Assembly: GCA_017451505.1 (NCBI GenBank)
Contig: JAFTOF010000027.1
Location: forward strand, 26,462-90,461
Source of the DNA: Clostridia bacterium
GTDB lineage: Bacteria; Bacillota; Clostridia; UMGS1883
DNA: 64,000 nt
Reading direction: 5' to 3'
Shown: in pieces, positions 57,201 to 64,000 of the stretch
How the letters are laid out: each line of letters begins with the position of its first letter
Position numbering within the stretch: position 1 is the stretch's first letter
Translations under genes and position numbers: made by a program
Notes under the pieces: generated by a model
Database searches by the model: none
Told to the model about the DNA's origin: nothing
Seen by the model: only the letters and a program-made list of their open reading frames with translations

Positions 57201-57297
57201 CGGCAGAACTCTCGTTCCTGTAAGATTCATTTCCGAAGCACTTGGTGCCAAGGTAGAGTGGATTGCCGACAAACAGATTGTAAAGATTATAATCTGA
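54256..57297 (+). CDS. Secreted CBM-like + BNR/Asp-box beta-propeller protein (GH74/sortilin-like) with two C-terminal copper-amine-oxidase-N-like stalk repeats
   Basis: Signal peptide. N-terminal QEAE..GYSGGKG carbohydrate-binding-module-like segment. At least seven SxDxGxTW-type Asp-boxes (STNRGDTW, TEDGGESW, TLDGGQNW, STDNGINW, TFDLGATW, SDDWGKTY, SHDNGKTW). C-terminal PQIIDSRTMVPMR..VEW and PQIVNGRTLVPVR..VEW repeats. Confidence 0.7.
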   Translation: MRRLLSLSLALAFMLSIVPNAFAARFNTVEKQEAETLKMLKSQGEPVTVENAGYSGGKGMELKVTNYEDWLKNDYMRFAMPINQRAVFNIRLGVKKGPDQGIMQLWFSDVNARIGQKIDLYSPTEQYTEVDLGDHMCNIQFSGRWFEVRVDGKNPQATAANINVDYIQLTYVKEWQPPAGKIPYLDGTAPVANGDEPYAWGQVLEGGTGRSNHLVMHPMDPDLVYMGTDMGGLYRWNNDTYEWKALMDTVITSDKSEWLGIDGVAVDPNDPNVVYICVGTSSNKGDAYMGAVLKSTNRGDTWQETGFKALFSANADPSRSMNERIAVDPGNSNNVWVTTPTSGFYRSRDAFKSWEKVELPVELTKNKVFPGIIAFDERTKTADGCSRFYVSVYDHGLLVTEDGGESWADVPGCPSARIMNMEYSNDGTFAVATTNAGLWTYKDGVWTDVSPTADKKWTTVAIGKDNSKYMITSWGKGPVGSFGQYTYYTLDGGQNWRMISDDMVRNHTTPRLEWGAFMANVTDYVIDPRNPGRVMMCGWSNFFMTENIFAENPVFTNHTIGIEHGCVNQMVSLPVGARLIVSAYDHGGGRYTDVTQYYDEMLPPKETNPARMAFSENDPNFIVRAGKGYGVYSTDNGINWRSFPTVPEELKSVEVHDVVVSSDVHPDTGVPVISMIGYGQPPFVTFDLGATWTKSEGATNWFNSSKWGRSKRLAADPNDPETIYYLAKSALYRSDDWGKTYAQVTQFDAGEYNSSVVRTSFGKNNGVFVSDSGSGKLYRSSSKGELFTEIGNFTWVRDFSFGKEKDADSPATMFVWGVNNGIRGLHRSHDNGKTWEVLHDDKTAKEKLVTTMVICADRQTYGVIYVGSSGRGIKFGVPRDAQNIFYTNKDDAVKVMINNQLEIFDVEPQIIDSRTMVPMRKIFEDVGAVVEWDDATRTVTAKRKVSDNYGIDETTVSLTIGSNKITINGQEQTMDVVPQIVNGRTLVPVRFISEALGAKVEWIADKQIVKIII

Positions 57298-57312
57298 TTA
57301 TAACGTGTATAA

Positions 57313-57352
57313 AACAAACAGGCTATCTGCAATTGCAGATAGCCTGTTTGTT
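57313..57352. terminator. Perfect 20-bp palindrome between convergent genes
   Basis: aacaaacaggctatctgcaa / ttgcagatagcctgtttgtt. Confidence 0.75.
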
Positions 57353-57369
57353 ACGTTTGCATAACATGA

Positions 57370-59103
57370 TTATTTATGATTAACATACTGCGATGGTGTC
57401 ATAAACTGACAGTTCTGACTTCTCAGGTACTGTATCATTTTAATGAAATCGTCCCAAAGGTTATATGCGTTGAGCCTGTTGGGGTGGAACTGAATTACCG
57501 TGTACTCATGGCTGGGAACATATACTTTCTTAAAATGACTAAAGGTCACGCCGTTTGTTCCGCTTTCGGGGTATATGGCGGTGTTTAACGGGTGAGCGTT
57601 AAAGGATAAGCCCTTGCTGAAAAATATTTTATCAATTTCGGGGAATTCGGCATTAAGCATTTTTGCAAATTCAGCGTTAACCTTATTACCGGGAGCACCC
57701 ATTGTTGTTATCTGATAGCCGGCATTTTCCAAAAACAGAGTGGAGGTATCTCCGACACGCTTTTTCATTTCGTCGTAGTCATAGCGTCCGCTGAATTCAC
57801 TGTCATTGTCACCGCCAATATCGTGAGTCCAGCCATGGTGCCATATTTCAACTCCACTATTTACAGATTCTTTTACAAAATCCCAGAAATCCTCGTTGCC
57901 CTCTCCTGTACATCTGTTGCCGATTGCACCAAATGAGACATTTGCAATTCCTTCTTCAAGCAGTATATCGTACATTTTCTTAAATGTTTTATAGGAAGCT
58001 ACCGATAAATCGTCAGCTTTAAGAATTACAACGGGCCCTTTGTTTTTCGCCAACGGAACGAAATAAGGTATCCCCTTTATTGCTGCTGCAAGCTCAGCAG
58101 ATGCCGCATCTGCTGAGCCAACAAGTTTTTCAGAATTAAAACTTTGAACCATGGCTATATAATCCGCACGCGACGTTTTTTCTCCGTCAGGACTTTCAAC
58201 ACTAATCGGGGAATTTGCAATATTTTCGGTTACTATCACACCAAGACTGCTTAAATTCACATTGCATCCCATATCTCTCAGAATAATGTCAGATGCCTTT
58301 GTGAAATTTGAAACGGCACGGTTAACAATATCTTCATTTCCTTGACCTGTTTCGTTGTGGAATACCAAAATCTGATTACCCGAGTACTCTGCACCAAAAG
58401 CCACTGTCTCCTCTGCTGAAACAACTATCATCGGGCTTGTATCGGCACTTTCGCCATAAAGTACAAGTGATACACTGCTTGTTCTTTCTCCTGAATAATA
58501 GGATATAACTATACGGTCTTCCGCAACGTTATAGGATATAAAAGCAGTAGAACCGTTTTCGCCAAAATCTCTGCGTGCCCCGAAGTTACCTGAAGAAAAT
58601 TCAGTTCCCTTGCCCGTCAATGTGCTTTTCAGAGCATTGAATGCTTCCTGATATGTAAGCTCTGTATGTCCGGTGGTGATAGTTACCGTTCTGGTTTCTC
58701 CATTCCAGCCTACAGTTGCTCCGAAAGCTTCGGAAATAGCCCTTGCAGGAACAAGAGTCCTTCCGTCTGTCACAAATGCGGGAGCATCAAGGGTAATAGC
58801 ACTTTCGTTTAGATACATAGTGCTGCTGTCGATGGTAAGATTTACAGTTTTGTCACCCAGAGCTGCCTTGACGCTGCGGGTAGCTTCAAACCACTCAACC
58901 GTTGCACCAAGCGATTCAAAAATTGCTCGGAGCGGCACCATCGTTCTGCCGTTTACTATTTGCGGCGGAACGTCAAAGGAAAGCTTGCTTCCATTTACAA
59001 AAACACTGATTTCGCCACTGTTTGCAATTGCTGTCAGAGAAAACAACATTAAAAGGGCAAGCATCAATGCAACTGCTTTTTTGAGTTTTACCATAAAAAT
59101 CAC
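57370..59103 (-). CDS. Secreted protein with two N-terminal copper-amine-oxidase-N-like stalk repeats and a C-terminal polysaccharide-deacetylase-like (NodB/DUF2334-like) domain
   Basis: Signal peptide, PPQIVNGRTMVPLRAIFESLGATVEW and VTDGRTLVPARAISEAFGATVGW repeats. The C-terminal LKADDL ... WHHGWTHD resembles the Asp-Asp / His-x-x-His metal motifs of deacetylases. Confidence 0.6.
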   Translation of the reverse strand: MIFMVKLKKAVALMLALLMLFSLTAIANSGEISVFVNGSKLSFDVPPQIVNGRTMVPLRAIFESLGATVEWFEATRSVKAALGDKTVNLTIDSSTMYLNESAITLDAPAFVTDGRTLVPARAISEAFGATVGWNGETRTVTITTGHTELTYQEAFNALKSTLTGKGTEFSSGNFGARRDFGENGSTAFISYNVAEDRIVISYYSGERTSSVSLVLYGESADTSPMIVVSAEETVAFGAEYSGNQILVFHNETGQGNEDIVNRAVSNFTKASDIILRDMGCNVNLSSLGVIVTENIANSPISVESPDGEKTSRADYIAMVQSFNSEKLVGSADAASAELAAAIKGIPYFVPLAKNKGPVVILKADDLSVASYKTFKKMYDILLEEGIANVSFGAIGNRCTGEGNEDFWDFVKESVNSGVEIWHHGWTHDIGGDNDSEFSGRYDYDEMKKRVGDTSTLFLENAGYQITTMGAPGNKVNAEFAKMLNAEFPEIDKIFFSKGLSFNAHPLNTAIYPESGTNGVTFSHFKKVYVPSHEYTVIQFHPNRLNAYNLWDDFIKMIQYLRSQNCQFMTPSQYVNHK

Positions 59104-59110
59104 CTCTTTG

Positions 59111-59389
59111 TTAGCGTGACAGGAGCTATCCGAACCTCGTTTTTTACTTCCTCTTTTTCGCCGCTACTGCGTTAAAAGCCTTACCCATACGCCAGTATGG
59201 GCTGCGTTTTTGCCTTGTATCGGCAAAAAATAGTTTGTAAAAAATTCTGCGAACCTGAAACGGATGAAATTTTGAGCAGATTTTGACGCAGAGGACGAAG
59301 ATAGGCTTTGTGCCTTTCAAGGACGATAAGTTAAAAGATGCCGAAATTTTACCGTTTCAGGCGGGTTCGGATAACTACTGCCACGCTAA
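59111..59389. repeat. Structured intergenic repeat, copy D (longest), forming the 5' leader of the deacetylase-like gene
   Basis: Terminal inverted arms ttagcgtgacaggagctatccgaacctcg / cgggttcggataactactgccacgctaa. The 135-nt core is about 90% identical to copy B. An extra 90 nt are held in a cctgaaacgg/ccgtttcagg stem. Confidence 0.65.
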
Positions 59390-59444
59390 ATTATATCATT
59401 TTCCCAGCCCTCAAACAAGTTGAAGATTTGTCAACATATTTGCA

Positions 59445-60263
59445 CTACAGTTTCTTTATATATTCCATGGGTGTCATTTCAAATTCCCTTTTGAAACACT
59501 GTATAAGTGCACTGCTGTCGCTGAAACCACTGTGAGTTGCCGCTTCAAATTCACTTTTTCCTTCCAGAAGAAGCTTTATGGCATTCTTCAGTCGGCAGGC
59601 GGTGATGTATTCGTGCAGGGTTTTGCCGGTGTGCTTTTTAAATTGCAGCATCAGCGTTGTGCGTCCGATATACATCTTATCGGCTAAATCCTGTGCCACG
59701 ATTTTCTCCATAAAGTGGGAATCTATGTATGTCAATGCCTCAAAAATATGCTGTGGAATACTATTTCTCTGTGCAGAATTCTTTTTCAGATATTCATCAA
59801 TATGCGAAAGCAGATAGAAAACAAGCAGTTTTTTCCTGACGGGGCTTTCTTCTGCATTGATGGCTCTTATAATACCTTCGTATGTATCTTTCTGCTCAGG
59901 CAAAAGGGAAAAGGTAGTACCATTTTCCCCGAAAACAGATAAAAGCTTCAGACAGTGAACATCGTTGGTTCTAATAAATTCTTCCGTGAATACCAGATAC
60001 AGGCTGCTGTACAGTACATCCGGCTTGCAGGAAACAAAGTGGGGTGTGTTTGGCCTCGAAAGAACAATTTTGCTTTCTGTTCCTTCAACTGAAGTGTTAC
60101 CGGTAATAACCCTGATATTTCCCGAAAGAATAAGATTGATTTCATAAAAATCGTGCTCGTGAAGATCCGTGACCGAGGTTTTATATCTTTTTCTTTCCTC
60201 TACGCAAATATCGCTCCATAACTGACCGTAGCCGTGGTCATATGAGGGGTTTTTCATACACAA
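59445..60263 (-). CDS. AraC family transcriptional regulator (cupin sensor + HTH)
   Basis: 272 aa. N-terminal cupin-like HEHDFYEINLILSG and a C-terminal AraC dual HTH. Confidence 0.85.
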   Translation of the reverse strand: MCMKNPSYDHGYGQLWSDICVEERKRYKTSVTDLHEHDFYEINLILSGNIRVITGNTSVEGTESKIVLSRPNTPHFVSCKPDVLYSSLYLVFTEEFIRTNDVHCLKLLSVFGENGTTFSLLPEQKDTYEGIIRAINAEESPVRKKLLVFYLLSHIDEYLKKNSAQRNSIPQHIFEALTYIDSHFMEKIVAQDLADKMYIGRTTLMLQFKKHTGKTLHEYITACRLKNAIKLLLEGKSEFEAATHSGFSDSSALIQCFKREFEMTPMEYIKKL

Positions 60264-60450
60264 TCACCTCCAAGTGACTTTTTCTGAATTGTATCATAGA
60301 AATGAATGTTTTTCAATATAATGTCCCCAAAAAGTGATTTTTTGCTGAAAAATCAGAACGATTAATAAACTCATCCGAACTTTTGACTATTGTAATACGG
60401 CTTGAATGTATGTACAATAAATTTGTAATACTAAGAAGGAGTGAAAGAGA

Positions 60451-61590
60451 ATGAGCTATATTAAATTCAGTTATGAACAGTTAAAGAATCTGTGTACTGA
60501 TGCCTTTTTTAAATTCGGTTTCACAGAAAAAGAATCGGAAATAATCACGGATGTACTATTGTTGGCAGACTTGTACGGCGTTAAGTCCCACGGCACACAG
60601 AGATTGGCACGGTATCATAAATCTATCGAGAATGATACCATAAAAATAAACGCAAAGCCCCAAATCGTATTTGAAACCCCCGTCTCGGCAGTCATTGACG
60701 GAAATGGCGGTATGGGACAGCTGATTTCACATTTTGCAATGAACCTTGCCATAGAAAAAGCTGGGAAAACGGGTATGGCAATGGTGTCCGTACGCAATTC
60801 CAACCACTACGGAATTGCAGGATATTATACAAAAATGGCGTGTGACGCAGGCTTTATCGGTATATCTACCACAAATTCGGAATCAATAGCGGTACATACC
60901 AATTCAAAGCAGGCAATCCTTGGCTCAAATCCCATTGCGTTTGCAATGCCTGCAGACCCGTATCCTTTCTGGTTCGATGCGGCAACAACCGTTGTTCCCA
61001 GAGGCAGACTGGAAGTTTATAATAAGGAAAGCAAGCCGATTCCCGAAGGTTGGGGAGTAGGAGAAGACGGAAAAACCTCTACAGATGCACAGCACGTTCT
61101 GGACTGCATAACGAAGAAGTCCGACGGCGGTATTTTGGTTATGGGCGGAAATACTGAAGAAATGGGCAGCCACAAGGGCTATGGCTACAGTATGATATGC
61201 GAGATTTTAAGTGCAATAACCTCCTTCGGTGCAACCTCAAACCATCACGTCAGAAAAAAGGGGCAGGGAGCAGGAAGCTGCCACAGCTTTATTGTAATAA
61301 ACCCGGGAATCTTTGGGGATGCAGATTTAATGAAAAAGAATCTTTCCGCTTTTTTACAGGAGCTGCGTGATGCAAAGCGTGCAAACCCCGATATTCCTAT
61401 TTATACCCATGGTGAAAAAGAAATCTATAGTAAAGAAAAAATGATGAAGGAAGGCATTCCTGTTAATATCAGTACAGTTGCAGAAATAATTGAGCTTTGT
61501 AATTATGTAGGACTTGACAGTAAACAATATTTAGGAGATGTGGATGTTTCCGGAGCTAAACTCATTGATAACGACAAGGTGTATAAGTAA
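60451..61590 (+). CDS. Ldh_2 family (malate/L-lactate dehydrogenase-like) oxidoreductase
   Basis: 379 aa. SHGTQRLARY, NSNHYGIAGYY and GSHKGYGYSM motifs typical of the Ldh_2 family. Substrate not inferable. Confidence 0.8.
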   Translation: MSYIKFSYEQLKNLCTDAFFKFGFTEKESEIITDVLLLADLYGVKSHGTQRLARYHKSIENDTIKINAKPQIVFETPVSAVIDGNGGMGQLISHFAMNLAIEKAGKTGMAMVSVRNSNHYGIAGYYTKMACDAGFIGISTTNSESIAVHTNSKQAILGSNPIAFAMPADPYPFWFDAATTVVPRGRLEVYNKESKPIPEGWGVGEDGKTSTDAQHVLDCITKKSDGGILVMGGNTEEMGSHKGYGYSMICEILSAITSFGATSNHHVRKKGQGAGSCHSFIVINPGIFGDADLMKKNLSAFLQELRDAKRANPDIPIYTHGEKEIYSKEKMMKEGIPVNISTVAEIIELCNYVGLDSKQYLGDVDVSGAKLIDNDKVYK

Positions 61591-61619
61591 AAAAGTATAT
61601 AGAAAGCAGGTTCAAGGCT

Positions 61620-62402
61620 ATGAATAAAGAAAAAATATGGGAAGAATATATAAAACCGGCGAAGATTTTCGGTAATCTTTATTTTATAGGAATACGTGCC
61701 GTTGGCATACATCTTATAGATACTGGAGACGGACTGATAATAATTGATGCCGGTTATCGGGAAAGCTTACACATCATAGTAAATAATATATGGGAACTGG
61801 GCTTCAAACCGTCGGATATTAAGTATATTGTGATTTCTCACGCTCATAATGACCATATGGACTGTGTGCGGGAGCTGGTGGCTATGACAGGGGCAAAAAC
61901 CTTTATCGGAAAGGACGATGTGCCGCTTCTTAAAGGGGAACTGTATCGTGATTGCCCTATCAGGAGCTTTGAACCTGATGTACTCCTTAGTGACGGAGAT
62001 ATCATCAGCCTTGGCAATACACGCATCAGATGTGTTGCAACTCCCGGGCATACCGACGGAACAATGTCGTTTTTCTTTGATGTGACGGACAAAGCTAAAA
62101 CTTACCGTGCAGGAATGTTCGGTGGTGTAGGCACCAACACACTAAAGCGTGACTTTATGGAAAAACACAATCTGCCTTTTGAAAACCGACAGAAATTTAT
62201 AGAGAGTATCAAAAGACTGAAAAAGGAAAAAGTTGAGCTTTTCCTTGGCAATCATCTTGAAAATAATAAAACAGAGCAAAAACTAAAAATGCTTGAAACT
62301 TCGACAGAAAATCCGTTTATTATAAACAGTCAGAACGAATGGAACGCGTTTCTTGACGAAAGATTATACCGGATAACCACAATTATTGATAATAACGAAT
62401 AA
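61620..62402 (+). CDS. MBL-fold metallo-hydrolase
   Basis: SHAHNDHMD (HxHxDH) motif and downstream TPGHTDG; 260 aa. Confidence 0.8.
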   Translation: MNKEKIWEEYIKPAKIFGNLYFIGIRAVGIHLIDTGDGLIIIDAGYRESLHIIVNNIWELGFKPSDIKYIVISHAHNDHMDCVRELVAMTGAKTFIGKDDVPLLKGELYRDCPIRSFEPDVLLSDGDIISLGNTRIRCVATPGHTDGTMSFFFDVTDKAKTYRAGMFGGVGTNTLKRDFMEKHNLPFENRQKFIESIKRLKKEKVELFLGNHLENNKTEQKLKMLETSTENPFIINSQNEWNAFLDERLYRITTIIDNNE

Positions 62403-62454
62403 GAGTATTACTGCACTAGGGTAGTTTTTGTTGCATTTTTCAATTCAGCTTAAA

Positions 62455-62490
62455 ACAAAAAACCTGAGCATTCATTTGCTCAGGTTTTTT
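62455..62490. terminator. Bidirectional terminator between MBL hydrolase and ferritin genes
   Basis: aacctgagc-attcattt-gctcaggtt flanked by an A-run and a T-run. Confidence 0.8.
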
Positions 62491-62501
62491 ATTCACTCAA
62501 A

Positions 62502-63014
62502 TTAAAGAACAAGCGAAGGTGCCGTATATACACGGGCAGCAAGCTCGGAATTAAGCATATAAAGGCTCTTGGGGTCGCTTCCGAAAAGTTCCATTTTTGT
62601 AATCATATCGTTGGCGTTGGTTTCTTCTTCGCCCTGCTCTTTTACAAACCAGTCGAGAAACTGCATCGTGCGGAAATCCTTCACATCGTATGCAGCGGCA
62701 TAGATGTCATTAATGAGCGAAGTAACATATTCTTCATGCTCAAGCCCTGCCTTTAAAACTGTCATATCGCTGTCGAGAACCTTGTCGGGCTTTGCAATAG
62801 CTTCAAGAGTAACCTTTTCGTTGTTGTTAAGCAAATAGCGGTAGAACAGCATTGCGTGGTCTCTTTCCTCTTGTGCCTGAATGTAGTACCAGTTTGCAAA
62901 ACCGTCAAGCCCTCTGTCCTCAAAATAATTTGAGAAATCAAGGTACAGGTACGCTGAATATAGCTCCTTGTTAATCTGCTGATTAAGTAAATCTCTCACT
63001 TTTTTATCCATCAT
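62502..63014 (-). CDS. ftn: Ferritin (non-heme, Ftn type)
   Basis: 170 aa with diiron-site pattern NKELYSAYLY...EERDHA...EHEE. Confidence 0.9.
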   Translation of the reverse strand: MMDKKVRDLLNQQINKELYSAYLYLDFSNYFEDRGLDGFANWYYIQAQEERDHAMLFYRYLLNNNEKVTLEAIAKPDKVLDSDMTVLKAGLEHEEYVTSLINDIYAAAYDVKDFRTMQFLDWFVKEQGEEETNANDMITKMELFGSDPKSLYMLNSELAARVYTAPSLVL

Positions 63015-63032
63015 TTTTATTACCTCCTTTTG

Positions 63033-63047
63033 TGAACATTATGTTCA
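63033..63047. promoter_or_regulatory. 7-1-7 palindrome between the ferritin -10 region and SD (candidate Fur-family operator)
   Basis: TGAACAT-T-ATGTTCA, perfect. It lies 5 nt upstream of the ferritin SD on the coding strand. Confidence 0.45.
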
Positions 63048-63165
63048 TCTTAGTATTATCATATCACATAAATAGTAAAAAATCAATAGGCGAGTGATAG
63101 ACTCGGTACATGCTATCATCGCCAATTTAATTGTTGTTGATTGTTTTGAAATATTACAGCCATTC

Positions 63166-63194
63166 TTGACTTTTTTTTAAAATGCTAATATAAT
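63166..63194 (+). promoter_or_regulatory. Promoter of the MATE transporter gene
   Basis: TTGACT, a 17-nt spacer, then TATAAT. Confidence 0.6.
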
Positions 63195-63234
63195 TATAAA
63201 TGCAGACAAAAGAAAAGTCAATAAATTTAAGGAG

Positions 63235-64000
63235 ATGCGTTTTTTGGCTATTGAGAAACTATATGAAGGAAATATGCGGAAAAAATATTTACTGTATGCC
63301 ATACCGTTGATATTGACGTCGCTCCTGACACAATCCTATCAGATGATTAACTCCATGATGATAGGCAAATTTATCGGAAGTGAAGCATTTGCTGCAACCG
63401 GTTCAACTGCACCTATTATAGAATTAATAGATTCTGTATTCTGGGGTTATCATACGGGTGTGTCAATTTATGTAGCCATACTTTTTGGCAGAGGCGACAA
63501 CAAAAGAATGCTCAATGTAATAAAAATAAACTTCCTTTTAGGAACAGTGGTGGCAATCTTGATAGGAGTTATGTGCAATGTTTTCCACGCACCGCTGTTT
63601 AAATTACTTAATATAGAAGATAGCCTCAGTTCGCAGGCATATGCATATTTCGGTACATATACGATGGGACTTGCGGCATTGCAACTTAATTGGGGATTTT
63701 CATATATAGCCCACGGCTTGGGAGTTACCAAAATGCCGCTTTTGGTATCGTTTGCTTCGGGAATTACTAATGTTCTGGGAAATTATATTTCACTTTCCGT
63801 GTTAGATATGGGAGTTGCAGGATGTGCAATTTCTACGATTCTGGCTTCTGTTTTTGCTTGCATTGTATATCTTATAAAATACATCAGTATTTTCCGCTCT
63901 ATGGGGCTTAAACTGGGCGGCATCAAATGGGACAAGGAAGATTTTAAAAATTCCTTTGATTACGGTGTTCCGACTCTTGTTCAGCAGCTTGCAATGTATT
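63235..64000 (+). CDS. MATE family efflux transporter (5' part; runs off the window)
   Basis: The frame is open from 63235 to the window end and is not in the ORF track because no stop is reached. It translates to ..EGNMRKKYLLYAIPLILTSLLTQSYQMINSMMIGKFIG.., typical of MATE N-termini. The ATG at 63235 abuts the SD; the TTG at 63244 is better spaced. Confidence 0.8.
   Translation, partial: MRFLAIEKLYEGNMRKKYLLYAIPLILTSLLTQSYQMINSMMIGKFIGSEAFAATGSTAPIIELIDSVFWGYHTGVSIYVAILFGRGDNKRMLNVIKINFLLGTVVAILIGVMCNVFHAPLFKLLNIEDSLSSQAYAYFGTYTMGLAALQLNWGFSYIAHGLGVTKMPLLVSFASGITNVLGNYISLSVLDMGVAGCAISTILASVFACIVYLIKYISIFRSMGLKLGGIKWDKEDFKNSFDYGVPTLVQQLAMY

Noticed and set aside
62406-62425. tattactgcactagggtag shares a 10-mer (tactgcacta) with the outer stem of repeat copy B.
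   Set aside because: A single 10-nt match is close to chance expectation for a 64-kb window on two strands (about 0.1), and no further similarity extends from it.
1-64000. Scanned for CRISPR arrays, rRNA genes, prophage, integrase, toxin-antitoxin or restriction-modification genes and other known defence modules.
   Set aside because: There are no regularly spaced direct repeats and no rRNA-like conserved blocks. No ORF has integrase, nuclease-methylase, Abi or TA-type motifs. The only mobile-element protein is the RAYT-type transposase at 24714-25478.

Overview
This 64 kb window looks like core chromosome from a spore-forming, S-layer-bearing Clostridia-type Firmicute, inferred from spo0A, a SpoVB-like flippase, SLH proteins and a CIRCE-controlled hrcA-grpE-dnaK-dnaJ operon. 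Coding density is high and most genes are housekeeping. They include remA-gmk-rpoZ-priA-def-fmt, metY-metA, carD-ispDF, the dnaK operon with prmA and rsmE, asnA, pgk-tpiA-gpmI, murI, argS, serC-serA, spo0A and one tRNA-Arg(ACG). I found no CRISPR array, prophage, toxin-antitoxin pair or recognisable defence system. The non-routine content is mostly non-coding. (1) A structured intergenic repeat family of 120-280 nt has four full or partial copies; one sits in a terminator loop and two form mRNA leaders directly after extended -10 promoters. (2) An IS200-like HUH tyrosine transposase (RAYT type) is bracketed by two REP-like palindromes between the S-layer gene and hrcA. (3) A GC-rich unassigned region of about 200 nt lies beside tRNA-Arg, bracketed by a duplicated terminator hairpin that shows a compensatory change. 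(4) Stacks of hairpins sit inside the serC-serA and tpiA-gpmI operons. On the protein side, notable items are a MacAB/YknXYZ-like ABC operon ending in an SLH protein, whose adaptor has a long low-complexity insertion. Others are an EF-G paralog with altered G motifs, a split TSUP/TauE pair, and a convergent pair of secreted carbohydrate-active proteins sharing a stalk domain. All product calls come from reading the translations for motifs, not from database searches.
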